A stretch of DNA of 64,000 nucleotides from an uncultured bacterium (GCA_963813485.1 CAWEZE010000017.1:1919-65918); one strand, 5' to 3'; numbered from the stretch's first letter, positions 11,233 to 20,591 are shown. A program made the numbers and translations. Notes: generated by a model not told the origin, from the sequence alone.

Positions 11233-11994
11233 CTACTCGACGACGTCGACGGGCGTTCCCAGTGGGAGCCCGTACGTCTCCACCATCCGGGTCATGACGT
11301 CGGGAGCCACCGCGATGGATCCGACGGGCACGTCGCGGCCGAGCGTCGACGGATCGGCGACCCCGTGGATCGCAACCACGCCGCGACCGGCCTGGAACGC
11401 GGCCAGGTCGTTGGCGGACCCGGACAACCCGTAGGCGTAACGGGCGTAGGGGCCGGCCGGGTTGGGCGGCTTGACGAGGTCCTTGATGAACAGCGTCGTT
11501 CCGGCCTCGGGACTATCGGCGGCGCCGATGGCGACGCGTGCGTCCAGCGCCTCGGCCTCGCCGGTGTGCAGGGTGAGCGTGTGGTCGGAGAGGGAGACCT
11601 CGATCCGGAAGCGATGGCGGCTGAGCGTGACGTCGGCTCGCTTGACCCAGCCGGTGTGACCGGCAGGCGCAGTCGGCAACTCGACCTCCAGCCAGTCGCC
11701 GGGCCGCTCCCGAACCACCAGGCAGACGACCTGGCCACTGATCTGTTGGTCGGCCCGGAGCGTCTCGACTGCCCGCTCGCGGTCGTCGGGTGATTCCCAC
11801 ACCTGCAGGTCCTCCGTGCTCGCTGCCACGAGCACGGCGTCGTCCGTGCCTTCGCCGCTGGCGTCCGACTCATTCGACGAGGGGCCGTCGTCACTCGGTG
11901 GCACCGCGATCTCGGGCTCGTCCGCCGAGCACCCCAGCACGACCATCAGCAGCGCCACCACCGCGGCCGAGAGCGCCGTCCGCCCGTGGGACAT
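11233..11994 (-). CDS. Lipoprotein with SH3b-like plus YkuD (L,D-transpeptidase)-like domains; catalytic Cys position reads Ser
   Basis: Lipobox VVLGCSADE. YkuD-like IEVSLSDHTLTL...VAIHG...VGSIAV, where canonical enzymes have SxGCIR. Confidence 0.7.
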   Translation of the reverse strand: MSHGRTALSAAVVALLMVVLGCSADEPEIAVPPSDDGPSSNESDASGEGTDDAVLVAASTEDLQVWESPDDRERAVETLRADQQISGQVVCLVVRERPGDWLEVELPTAPAGHTGWVKRADVTLSRHRFRIEVSLSDHTLTLHTGEAEALDARVAIGAADSPEAGTTLFIKDLVKPPNPAGPYARYAYGLSGSANDLAAFQAGRGVVAIHGVADPSTLGRDVPVGSIAVAPDVMTRMVETYGLPLGTPVDVVE

Positions 11995-13510
11995 GGGCGG
12001 GCATCGTAGTTGTCCCCGCCCGATCCTCCGGATTGAGGTCCTCGAGCTCGCGCCGGGCGGTCTCGGGGAAGAACATCAGGACCACGGCGGCCATGATCAG
12101 CGGGCCGATGGCGAGGAGGCCGAGAGCGAGGCCGAACGAGTCCAGCTGGTCGATCAGGAAGCCCGCCAGCACCAGGCCGATGACGCTGCCGATGGTCGCC
12201 ACCGTGTTGATGATCCCGTTGGCCCGGCCCCGCAGGGACGTGGGGAACAGCTCGGGCCCGTACACGCTGAGCGCCGGAACCAGGGCGGCGGCGAAGATGG
12301 ATCCGACGGTCGCGGTCAGCCACATGGCCGGGCCGTCGAACGTGAACGACAGGGCCAGGAGGGCGGAACCGACTACCGCGCCGACCGCGCCCACCACCCG
12401 CCGTCCCCGGGTGTCGGCCAGGCGCCCGCCGACCACGATGCCGATGCTCGCCGGCGTCGACGTGACCAGGATGAAGAGCGACACCACCGCCGCCGACATC
12501 CCCCGCTCATCCCGCAGGAACTCGGTGCGGAACTGCGACTGCGGGGTCGTGAACAAGAGCAGCAGGAACGACGCGCCCGCAAGGAGCGCCAGCCGGTGGT
12601 AGTGACCGGCCAACCCCACGGTGCGGTGCGGGCGCACGTAGCGCCGGCTCTCGGGGATGAGCCGGCCGAACCGCAGCACCAGCGGGATGAAGAGCAGGGG
12701 GATCACGTACAGGATCCGCCAGGCACTCAGGCCGACGTCGGCCACCGGCAGCACCCACAGCACCATGCCCGCGCCCAGGGCCCCGGTCATCGCCAGCAGG
12801 CTCAGCGCGTACGCCCGGGCGCCGGCCGGCATCTCCTCCGCGGCGATGACGACCAGGAGCACGCTGGCAGCGGACACCGAGCCCCGGTTCACCACCTGGG
12901 TGGCCGCCAGGGTCGCCAGGTTGGGTGCCAGGGCCCCGGCGACCGTCGATCCGATGGCGCCCAGCAGCGACACCACCAGCAGCCGCCGCCGGCCCCGACG
13001 GTCGGCCAGGGCGGCGAGCAGGATGGCCAGCAGCGCCCCGGCTCGCACCGCGGCGAATGCCCCGCCCTGCGCGGTCGTCCCGGCGTCGAACTCGTCGGCC
13101 GCGAAGCTCATCGTCTGGGTGAGGAGCGTCCCGTGGTAGCCGACGACGAGCGACAGCGTGGCCAGCATGCCCAGCACCGCGGCTCCTCGGGCGTCCGGCC
13201 GCTGTGGCGGGTACCACCAGGGCAGTCGCCCGTCAGGGCGGGGTGGGCGGCGCAGCGCGTGTCGCATCGGGTGGTTCATGAGGAACCGCCACGTGCCCGC
13301 CGGGAGGCGGTAGTCGAACTGCTGCGTCACCGAGTAGCGACCGTTGTCCGGGGTCACCTGGACGGTGCGGGTGTATCGCTCGAAGGGGCCGTGGTCGAGC
13401 ACGTACCGGTCCCCGCCGGCGGCGCGCTCGCCGACGACGTCCTGGCGAGGGGAGCGGATCCGATCCAGCGTGGCCTGGTCGACCGACTCGCTGACGATGA
13501 ACCGCGGCAC
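11891..13510 (-). CDS. MFS transporter with ~110-aa N-terminal soluble extension
   Basis: 539 aa. About 12 hydrophobic segments after residue ~115. The last ~100 nt overlap the start of 11233..11994. Confidence 0.85.
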   Translation of the reverse strand: MPRFIVSESVDQATLDRIRSPRQDVVGERAAGGDRYVLDHGPFERYTRTVQVTPDNGRYSVTQQFDYRLPAGTWRFLMNHPMRHALRRPPRPDGRLPWWYPPQRPDARGAAVLGMLATLSLVVGYHGTLLTQTMSFAADEFDAGTTAQGGAFAAVRAGALLAILLAALADRRGRRRLLVVSLLGAIGSTVAGALAPNLATLAATQVVNRGSVSAASVLLVVIAAEEMPAGARAYALSLLAMTGALGAGMVLWVLPVADVGLSAWRILYVIPLLFIPLVLRFGRLIPESRRYVRPHRTVGLAGHYHRLALLAGASFLLLLFTTPQSQFRTEFLRDERGMSAAVVSLFILVTSTPASIGIVVGGRLADTRGRRVVGAVGAVVGSALLALSFTFDGPAMWLTATVGSIFAAALVPALSVYGPELFPTSLRGRANGIINTVATIGSVIGLVLAGFLIDQLDSFGLALGLLAIGPLIMAAVVLMFFPETARRELEDLNPEDRAGTTTMPAHVPRADGALGRGGGAADGRAGVLGGRARDRGATE

Positions 13511-13515
13511 CGCCG

Positions 13516-13686
13516 TTATCCAGGCTCGTCGCCTGGCGGACCTTCGCCGCTCGGTGGCTGCTGCCGCTCGATGCGTGAGGCACGCCGGTTGGCGACCGCG
13601 AGGAGGCTGCCGAAGATCACGATGGGCACGGCGACGAACAGCATCTCGTCCCAGCCACCCTGGTGTGCGATCAGCAGCGCCGTCAC
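13516..13686 (-). CDS. Small membrane protein (56 aa), possibly co-transcribed with the MFS gene
   Basis: GTG start. VTALLIAHQGGWDEMLFVAVPIVIFGSLLAVANRR... Its stop lies 5 nt before the MFS start. Below the ORF-track size cut-off as an independent ORF. Confidence 0.35.
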   Translation of the reverse strand: MTALLIAHQGGWDEMLFVAVPIVIFGSLLAVANRRASRIERQQPPSGEGPPGDEPG

Positions 13687-13833
13687 CGCTTCAGGCTCCC
13701 AGACGGGAGCCGCATCCGCTAACCGGGGGGCCGTGCCGGCCGGCGAGGGAACATGACGAGCGGGCGGGGCGTTGTTGCTCTCGCCGGTGCCGTTTCGCGA
13801 GCATGCGTCGCGCATCGCTGCCCGAGGAGTTTC

Positions 13834-14100
13834 GTGGTCGATACCGACAAGGTGTCCGAGGTCATCGAGGTGATCCGTCCCGCCATCCAGGCCGATGGGG
13901 GCGACATCTTCCTGCGCGGCGTCGATGCCGATGTCGGCGTGGTGTCCGTCGAGCTGGTCGGGGCTTGTGTCTCCTGCCCGGCGTCGACCGTCACTCTCAA
14001 GGCCGGCATCGAGCGCATCCTCAAGGATCGGGTGCCAGGTGTGACCGAGGTCGTGGACGTGGGCGCGCCCACCGAGACGTCGGTCGGGCTCGGTCTCTAG
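13834..14100 (+). CDS. NifU C-terminal domain (Nfu-type) Fe-S cluster protein
   Basis: CxxC motif in ELVGACVSCPAS. GTG at 13834 is preceded by GAGGAG. The listed ORF begins at 13753. Confidence 0.85.
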   Translation: MVDTDKVSEVIEVIRPAIQADGGDIFLRGVDADVGVVSVELVGACVSCPASTVTLKAGIERILKDRVPGVTEVVDVGAPTETSVGLGL

Positions 14101-14170
14101 TGGGGCGTCTCGCAACACAACGCCGATAGTCGTCGGCCAGATTCGCCGACGAGCGTTACGAGACGCCCCA
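14101..14170. other. 70-nt three-tier nested inverted repeat between the nifU-like gene and meaB
   Basis: Outer 12 bp tggggcgtctcg/cgagacgcccca. Middle 5 bp aacgc/gcgtt. Inner 8 bp tcgtcggc/gccgacga with a 7-nt loop. Confidence 0.6.
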
Positions 14171-14183
14171 TAGCTTTCCGTTC

Positions 14184-15125
14184 GTGCCTGCTGCCGCTGC
14201 CGATGACCTGCTGGCTGCAGCGCGTGCGGGTGACCGCGGCGCGCTGGCCCGCCTGATCTCTGTCATCGAGCGCGGCGGCGAGGACGCCCGCCAGGTCGGA
14301 CGGGCCGCCCACGGGCTCGGCATGGACGCCACCACGGTCGGCATCACCGGTGCGCCCGGGGCCGGCAAGTCCACCTTGACCAGCGCGCTGATAGAGGCGG
14401 TGCGGTCGGGTGGCGACCCGATCGCCGTGCTGGCGATCGACCCGTCGTCCCCGTTCTCCGGGGGTGCCCTGCTCGGCGATCGTGTGCGCATGGGCGAACA
14501 CGCCCTCGACGACGGCGTGTTCATCCGGTCCATGGCCACGCGGGGCCACCTCGGGGGGCTGGCGGTCGCTGCCCCCGAGGCGGTGCGGGTCCTCGCCGCC
14601 GCCGGCTACGGGTGGGTGATCCTCGAGACCGTCGGGGTCGGTCAGGTGGAGATCGACGTGATGGCTCAGGCCGACACGACCGTGGTGGTCGTCACGCCCG
14701 GCTGGGGCGATGCCGTGCAGGCCAACAAGGCCGGTCTCATGGAGATCGCCGACGTGTTCGTGGTCAACAAGGCCGACCGCCCCGGCGCCGAGGACGCAGC
14801 ACGCGACCTCGAGCGCATGCTGAACATGTCGTCAGGGTCCCGCTGGCGTCCGCCGGTGCTGTGCACGACGGCGACGACCGGCGCGGGCGTGCGCGAGGTG
14901 TGGGAGGCGGTGGTCGACCATCGGGCACACCTGGCGGCCGGTGGGGAGCTGCAGGACAGGCGCCGACGTCGGGCGGCGGAGGAGGTCACCCGGCTGGTCG
15001 CGGCGCGGCTGCTGGACAAGGCCCGTACCGTGACCTCGGGGCCGCGTGCCGCCGAACTTGCCGAAGCGGTCGCCAGCGGCAACGTCGACCCCTGGACCGC
15101 GGCCGAGGAGTTGCTGGGCGAGTAG
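14184..15125 (+). CDS. meaB: Methylmalonyl-CoA mutase-associated GTPase (MeaB/ArgK family)
   Basis: 313 aa. Walker A GAPGAGKST. NKAD guanine-specificity motif. MeaB-like throughout. Confidence 0.9.
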   Translation: MPAAAADDLLAAARAGDRGALARLISVIERGGEDARQVGRAAHGLGMDATTVGITGAPGAGKSTLTSALIEAVRSGGDPIAVLAIDPSSPFSGGALLGDRVRMGEHALDDGVFIRSMATRGHLGGLAVAAPEAVRVLAAAGYGWVILETVGVGQVEIDVMAQADTTVVVVTPGWGDAVQANKAGLMEIADVFVVNKADRPGAEDAARDLERMLNMSSGSRWRPPVLCTTATTGAGVREVWEAVVDHRAHLAAGGELQDRRRRRAAEEVTRLVAARLLDKARTVTSGPRAAELAEAVASGNVDPWTAAEELLGE

Positions 15126-15190
15126 CAGGCCGCCCGGGGCCTCGACCGGCACAACCCGGGTGCGGGACGCCAGAAGTAGGGTCACGGCCC

Positions 15191-15973
15191 ATGCCCACCG
15201 ACACCCCGCTCGTCCACGTCGATCGTCGCGACGACGGCGTCGCGCTCGTCACCCTCGACAATCCCAAGGTGAACGCGCTGTCCCGCGAGCTGCTGCGCCA
15301 GCTGGAGGCGGCGGCCGGGGACCTGACCGCCGATCCGCCCGGGGCCGTCGTCGTAACCGGTGGTGACCGCATCTTCGCGGCCGGCGCCGACATCGCCGAG
15401 TTCGGTGGTCCCGAGGAGGCCCGGGCGGTGGGCGGCGGCTTCCGGCGGGCGCTCGACGCCGTCGCGGCCATCCCCCGTTGCGTGATCGGCGCGATCTCCG
15501 GGTTCGCCCTGGGCGGCGGGTGCGAGCTGGCGCTGGCCTGCGACCTGCGGATCGCCTCGGAGCGGGCCAAGCTGGGCCAGCCCGAGATCCTGCTCGGGAT
15601 CATCCCCGGCGGCGGCGGCACGCAGCGGCTGGCGCGCCTCGTCGGTCCCGCCAGGGCCAAGGGGCTCGTGCTCACCGGCCGCCAGGTCGCCGCCGACGAG
15701 GCGCTACGGATCGGGCTGGTCGACGAGGTGGTGTCGCCCGACGAGTTGCACCCACGGGCGCTGGGGCTGGCGGCCGAGTTGGCACGCGGCGCCGTGGTCG
15801 CCCAGGGCCTGTCGAAGCGGGCGATCGACCAGGGGCTGGATGGCACGCTGGACGCCGGGCTTGCCCTGGAACAGGACCTGTTCGCGGAGGTGTTCGCCAC
15901 CGAGGACGCCCGGATCGGCGTCGCTTCGTTCCTCGAGCATGGCCCCGGCAAGGCCACGTTCGTCAAGCGGTAG
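15191..15973 (+). CDS. Enoyl-CoA hydratase/isomerase (crotonase family)
   Basis: ATG at 15191 inside the longer listed ORF. Crotonase hallmarks (LDNPKVNALS, GFALGGGCELALACDLR). Confidence 0.9.
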   Translation: MPTDTPLVHVDRRDDGVALVTLDNPKVNALSRELLRQLEAAAGDLTADPPGAVVVTGGDRIFAAGADIAEFGGPEEARAVGGGFRRALDAVAAIPRCVIGAISGFALGGGCELALACDLRIASERAKLGQPEILLGIIPGGGGTQRLARLVGPARAKGLVLTGRQVAADEALRIGLVDEVVSPDELHPRALGLAAELARGAVVAQGLSKRAIDQGLDGTLDAGLALEQDLFAEVFATEDARIGVASFLEHGPGKATFVKR

Positions 15974-15993
15974 GAGCGGGAGGCACCGATGGC

Positions 15994-18522
15994 CTAAGCC
16001 CAGGCCGCCAATCCGAGCTCGGAGTTGCCGACCAGGTCGGGGTGCCGGGGGACGATGCGGACCGTGAACCCGTAGCGGCCGGCTCGCTCGCAGTAGAACG
16101 AGCCGACATAGCGGGCGTGGTCCTCGTCGGTGGCACCGGCGGGGTGCATCGACGCCGAGGTGCGCTCGGTCAACTCGTCGCCCTGGCCCACCGGGCCATG
16201 GACGAGCTGCACGTCGACGTCGTCCGCCGACAGCGTGCCCAGCGACACCACCGCCTCGACGGTTCGGGATCCGCCGAGTTCGGCGGCGGCGCCGTCGCCC
16301 TCCACCCGGTCGACGTGCACGCCGTGCCACGCCTCGGCGACCCGCTCCTTCCAGGCTGCCAGCAGCCGCGCCCGAGCGAGTCCGTTGGCGGACAACGTGT
16401 TGGCGCGGGCGGCGGTTGGCTCGTACAGGCGCTCGACGTACTCCGCAACCATGCGCGAGGCCGTGACCTTGGGCCCCAGGGATGTCAGCGACTTGCGGAC
16501 CTTCTTGAGCCACCGCCGGGGCACGGGTCCCCCGTAGGTCTCGTAGAACAGCGGCACCACCTGGCGCTCGAGCAGGTCGAACAGGGCGCCGGCCTCGAGC
16601 TGGTCGCGCCGCTCGATGTCGTCGACATCCTCCGCCGACGAGATGGCCCAGCCGTTCTCGCCATCGAACATCTCGTGCCACCAACCGTCGAGGATCGACA
16701 GGTTGAGCCCGCCGTTGAGCGCCGACTTCATCCCTGACGTGCCGCAGGCCTCCTGCGGCCGCCTCGGGTTGTTCAGCCACACGTCCGCCCCCTGGTACAG
16801 GGCGCGGGCCACGGCGATGTCGTAGTCGTCCACGAAGACGAAGCGGTGCCGCACCTCCGGGTCGGACGAGAACGCCACGATCTGGCGGATCATCTCCTTG
16901 CCGCCCTCGTCGGCCGGGTGCGCCTTGCCGGCGAACACGAGCTGGATGGGCCGGTCGGGCGACAGCAACAGCGCCTTGAGGCGGTCGGGCTGCGACAGCA
17001 GCAGCGTTGCCCGCTTGTACGTGGCGAAGCGGCGGGCGAACCCGACGGTCAGCACCCGGGGGTCGAGCACCTCGTCGGCCCACGCGACGTCCGACCCCGC
17101 CAGGCCCCGAGCGCGGGCGCCCTCCCGCAGGCGGCGCCGTGCGAACGCCACCATCCGCTCCCGCCCCTGCTCCCGGGCGCGCCACAGCTCGTCGTCGGGC
17201 ATCTCGAAGATCTGGTCCCACGCCGCCGGGCCCGCCTCGTCCCAGTCGGGGAGCACGTGGCGGGTGAAGACGTCCGCCATCTCCGGCGACACCCACGTGT
17301 GCGCGTGCACGCCGTTGGTGATCGAGATGATCGGAGCCTCGTCGGGGGGGATGTCGGGCCAGAGATCGCCGAACATCTTCCGGCTGACCTCGCCGTGCAG
17401 CTGGGCCACGCCGTTCGACCGGCCGGCCAGCCGCAGACCCATCACCGCCATGTTGAAGCGCTCGTCGGGCGCGTCGCCGGGCCGGTGGCCGAGCGCCATC
17501 AGGTCGTCGACCCCCACGCCCACCTCGGCGCACCAGGCGCTGAAGTACTTGTCCATCAGCTCCCGGGGGAACCGGTCGATGCCCGCGGGAACAGGTGTGT
17601 GGGTGGTGAAGATGCAGCCGGCCCTTACCGCCTCGATGGCTTCCTCGTAGCTCAGGCCCTGGTCGGTCACCAGCTGGCGTATCCGTTCGAGCCCCAGGAA
17701 GCCGGCGTGGCCCTCGTTGGTGTGGAACACCTGCGCCTCGACGCCGACCGCCTGCAGGGCCCGCACCCCACCGACCCCCAGCAGGATCTCCTGGCGGAGG
17801 CGGTGCTCGACGTCGCCGCCGTAGAGCCGGTCGGTAACGGCCCGGACGTCATCCGGGTTGTCGTCGACGTCGGCATCGAGGAAGTACAGCGGGACCCGGC
17901 CGACGTTCGCCTGCCATACCTGTGCCACCAGCGGCACCCCGGCGATGTCGACGCTGATGCGGACATCGGTGCACGGGCGGAGCGCCATCACGTGGGGGTC
18001 GAGCAGCGGATAACGCTCCTGCTGCCAGCCGTCGGCGTCGAGGCTCTGGCGGAAGTAGCCGTGCCGGTAGAGCAGCCCCACGCCCACCAGCGGCACGCCC
18101 AGGTCGCTGGACGACTTGAGGTGGTCGCCCGCCAGGACTCCCAGGCCCCCCGAGTACTGCGGCACGGCCTCGGCGATGCCGAACTCGGGGGAGAAGTAGG
18201 CGACCAGCTGCAATGGGCTCTCGCCTCGCGACTGGAACCAGCGCTCGCCGTCGAGGTAGCGCTGCAGCTCGTCACGCACCTCGCCCAGGAAGCGCCTGAA
18301 GCCGGCGTCGTGGGCCAGCGCATCCAGCCGCTCGCGGTCCACCAACCCCAGCATGCGCACCGGGTCGTGGACGCTGGCGTCCCACTGGTGGGGATCGACC
18401 CAGCGGAACAGGTCGCGGGTCTGGTCGTCCCATGACCAGCGCAGGTTGAATGCCAGCTCCTCGAGGGCGGCCAGCTCGGGGGGGAGCGACGGGCGGACCG
18501 TGAAGCTGCGCAGGGCCTTCAT
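15994..18522 (-). CDS. glgP: Alpha-glucan phosphorylase (GT35, GlgP/MalP type)
   Basis: 842 aa. Actinobacterial alpha-glucan phosphorylase signature regions (AYFSPEFG, GGLGVLAGDHLKS, EACGTSGMK PLP-lysine region). Confidence 0.93.
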   Translation of the reverse strand: MKALRSFTVRPSLPPELAALEELAFNLRWSWDDQTRDLFRWVDPHQWDASVHDPVRMLGLVDRERLDALAHDAGFRRFLGEVRDELQRYLDGERWFQSRGESPLQLVAYFSPEFGIAEAVPQYSGGLGVLAGDHLKSSSDLGVPLVGVGLLYRHGYFRQSLDADGWQQERYPLLDPHVMALRPCTDVRISVDIAGVPLVAQVWQANVGRVPLYFLDADVDDNPDDVRAVTDRLYGGDVEHRLRQEILLGVGGVRALQAVGVEAQVFHTNEGHAGFLGLERIRQLVTDQGLSYEEAIEAVRAGCIFTTHTPVPAGIDRFPRELMDKYFSAWCAEVGVGVDDLMALGHRPGDAPDERFNMAVMGLRLAGRSNGVAQLHGEVSRKMFGDLWPDIPPDEAPIISITNGVHAHTWVSPEMADVFTRHVLPDWDEAGPAAWDQIFEMPDDELWRAREQGRERMVAFARRRLREGARARGLAGSDVAWADEVLDPRVLTVGFARRFATYKRATLLLSQPDRLKALLLSPDRPIQLVFAGKAHPADEGGKEMIRQIVAFSSDPEVRHRFVFVDDYDIAVARALYQGADVWLNNPRRPQEACGTSGMKSALNGGLNLSILDGWWHEMFDGENGWAISSAEDVDDIERRDQLEAGALFDLLERQVVPLFYETYGGPVPRRWLKKVRKSLTSLGPKVTASRMVAEYVERLYEPTAARANTLSANGLARARLLAAWKERVAEAWHGVHVDRVEGDGAAAELGGSRTVEAVVSLGTLSADDVDVQLVHGPVGQGDELTERTSASMHPAGATDEDHARYVGSFYCERAGRYGFTVRIVPRHPDLVGNSELGLAAWA

Positions 18523-18550
18523 CGAGGCGCACCGTAGCGGGCCTACCCGG

Positions 18551-19777
18551 TCATTCGGATACCCCGGGGTCGCCCAGTGCCACCTTGCCGGCGTAGGCCA
18601 GCGTCGCCTCGGGGGTGAGGGGATGGAAGGTGCCGGCCCGCACGTCGCGGTAGGCGCGCTCCAGCTTTGCGCTGCGGAAATAGGCCCGCCCGCCGAGCAC
18701 GTCCATGGCGAGGTCCACCACGGTGATCGCGTCGGTCACGGCCTGTCGCTTGGCCACCATCACCGTCGCCAGGGTCGGCGGGTCGACGGCGTAGTCGTCG
18801 CCGAGCTCGTCGAGCGCGCCCAGCAGCGCCCACCAGGCGACGCGCAGCGTGGCGTCCATCAGCCCGACCTGGCGGTGCACTCGGGGCAGCTGGGCCAGCG
18901 GGTTGGGGCCCCTCGACGTCGCCGTGGACTTGGCGACCGCCGCGTCCCGGGCGCCCATCGCGATCCCCAGGTAGGTGGCGCCCACGACCGGAGCGAAGTG
19001 GACGGCGGCCGCCGCCAGCGGCACGCCGAACTCGCCCCAGGGGCGCCGACCCATCACCCTGTCGGCGGGGACGAACACGTCCTCCAGCATCAGGTCGTGG
19101 CTGGCCGTGCCCCGCATGCCGAGCGTGTCCCACGTCTCGTCCAGTCGTACACCCTCGGCGGCGAGCGGCACGGCGAAGTGGATCACCTCGGCGCCTTCGC
19201 CGGGCTCGCCCACCACCGCCGTGGTGGCGACGACCGTCGCTCCCGGGGACTGGCTGCAGAAGCCCTTGCGGCCGCTGACCAGGAAGCCGTCGGGCCTCCC
19301 GCCGTCGCCGTCCCCGTCGACGGGGACCGCCGTCGTGTTCGGCCACAGCCAGTCAGACCCGCCACTCGTGGCGATGACCATTCCCTCTTCGGCCACCCGG
19401 CGGAGCACGGCCTCGGCGTCGGCCGCGCCCTTGCGGCGGCGGAAACCCTGCATGAGCGTGAGGTACAGGTGCATCGCCACCGCCAGCGCCGTCGCCCCGT
19501 CGTGGCGGGCGAGCTCGGCCTGCGCATAGCAGACCTGGCGGATCGAGGCGCCGAGGCCGCCGAGCTCCTCGGGCACCGCGAGCCGCAGGTAGCCGTTGGC
19601 CCGCATGGCGTCGTAGGCCTCGCTGACGAACGTGGCGTCGCGGTCGTGCTCGTCGGCGTGTGCCGCAGCGACCGCACCGACCTCGGCCGCCAGCGACACG
19701 AACCGATCGTCGCCGGGCCGCGCTGGTGTGGGGTATGTGGCAGCAGGGGCGCGTGTCGCCGGTTGGGTCATGCTCAT
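18551..19777 (-). CDS. Acyl-CoA dehydrogenase family protein
   Basis: 408 aa with ACAD-like N, middle and C-terminal domains. Confidence 0.88.
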   Translation of the reverse strand: MSMTQPATRAPAATYPTPARPGDDRFVSLAAEVGAVAAAHADEHDRDATFVSEAYDAMRANGYLRLAVPEELGGLGASIRQVCYAQAELARHDGATALAVAMHLYLTLMQGFRRRKGAADAEAVLRRVAEEGMVIATSGGSDWLWPNTTAVPVDGDGDGGRPDGFLVSGRKGFCSQSPGATVVATTAVVGEPGEGAEVIHFAVPLAAEGVRLDETWDTLGMRGTASHDLMLEDVFVPADRVMGRRPWGEFGVPLAAAAVHFAPVVGATYLGIAMGARDAAVAKSTATSRGPNPLAQLPRVHRQVGLMDATLRVAWWALLGALDELGDDYAVDPPTLATVMVAKRQAVTDAITVVDLAMDVLGGRAYFRSAKLERAYRDVRAGTFHPLTPEATLAYAGKVALGDPGVSE

Positions 19778-19805
19778 GGATCCCGCCTTTCATCCGTTTC
19801 GAGGA

Positions 19806-19844
19806 CCGTACGACGTACCGTCGCGTACGGGTAGTTCAAGAACT
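19806..19844. promoter_or_regulatory. Two palindromes in the ACAD / HxlR divergent promoter region (candidate operators)
   Basis: ccgtacg-N11-cgtacgg (19806-19830) and agttcaagaact (19833-19844), 35 nt upstream of the HxlR-type GTG. Confidence 0.3.
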
Positions 19845-19878
19845 GAACCGCCAGCCATGCTCGTGGGAGACTGGCGGC

Positions 19879-20539
19879 GTGCGGACATATGCCCAGTACT
19901 GCCCCATCGTCCGGGCGGTCGAGGTGCTCGGCGAGCGGTGGACCCTGTTGATCGTGCGAGAGATGCTCAACGGCGTCGGGCGGTTCAACGAGCTGTCCCG
20001 GGGGCTGCCCGGCCTGTCGCGGGCGCTGCTCTCCCGTCGCCTGCGCCAGTTGATCGCGGCCGGTCTCGTGCGCGCGCACCGACGACGGCTACGAGCTCAC
20101 GCAGGCAGGCGAGGACCTGCGGCCGCTCGTCTTCGGCCTGGCGGAATGGGGTGCGCGGTACGCCTTCGGCGACCCTCGACCCGAGGAGCTCGACCCCGAG
20201 GTGCTCATGTGGTGGCTCCACGGGCGGATCGACGCCAGCGAGGTCGACCGGCGGGCGGTGATCCAGATCGAGGTCGCGGATCGCGGCCGGCGCTTCTGGC
20301 TCGTCGTGGAACCCGGGGACGTATCGGTCTGCTACGCCGATCCGGGCTTCGAGGTCGACGCGCTGCTGCGGTCGGACCTGGCGACGCTCTACCGGATGTG
20401 GGAGGGCGAGGTCGAGCTGCTCGACGCCGTGAAGGCCGGCTCGATCGAGCTGACCGGTCCCCGCTGGATCACCCGCGGCCTGCCCCGCTGGCTCCAGCTC
20501 AGCCCGGTCGCCCCGTACGTGCGCGCCGCCCGGGCGTGA
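19879..20539 (+). pseudogene. HxlR-family wHTH regulator with C-terminal SCP2-like domain, interrupted by a 1-nt frameshift near 20068-20080
   Basis: The N-terminal frame (CPIVRAVEVLGERWTLLIVREML..LSRRLRQLIAAGLV) continues in another frame (TDDGYELTQAGEDLRPLVFGLAEWG...). The switch lies in a gtgcgcgcgcacc run. Confidence 0.75.
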
Positions 20540-20553
20540 TCCGCTCACGTACT

Positions 20554-20591
20554 TTGAAGATTTTCGGGGCCTGTGGCCCCGAAAATTTCAA
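20554..20591. terminator. 17-bp (one bulge) palindromic hairpin between the HxlR-type gene and glgE
   Basis: ttgaagattttcggggcc-tgt-ggccccgaaaatttcaa. U/A tracts flank the GC core on both strands. Confidence 0.4.
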
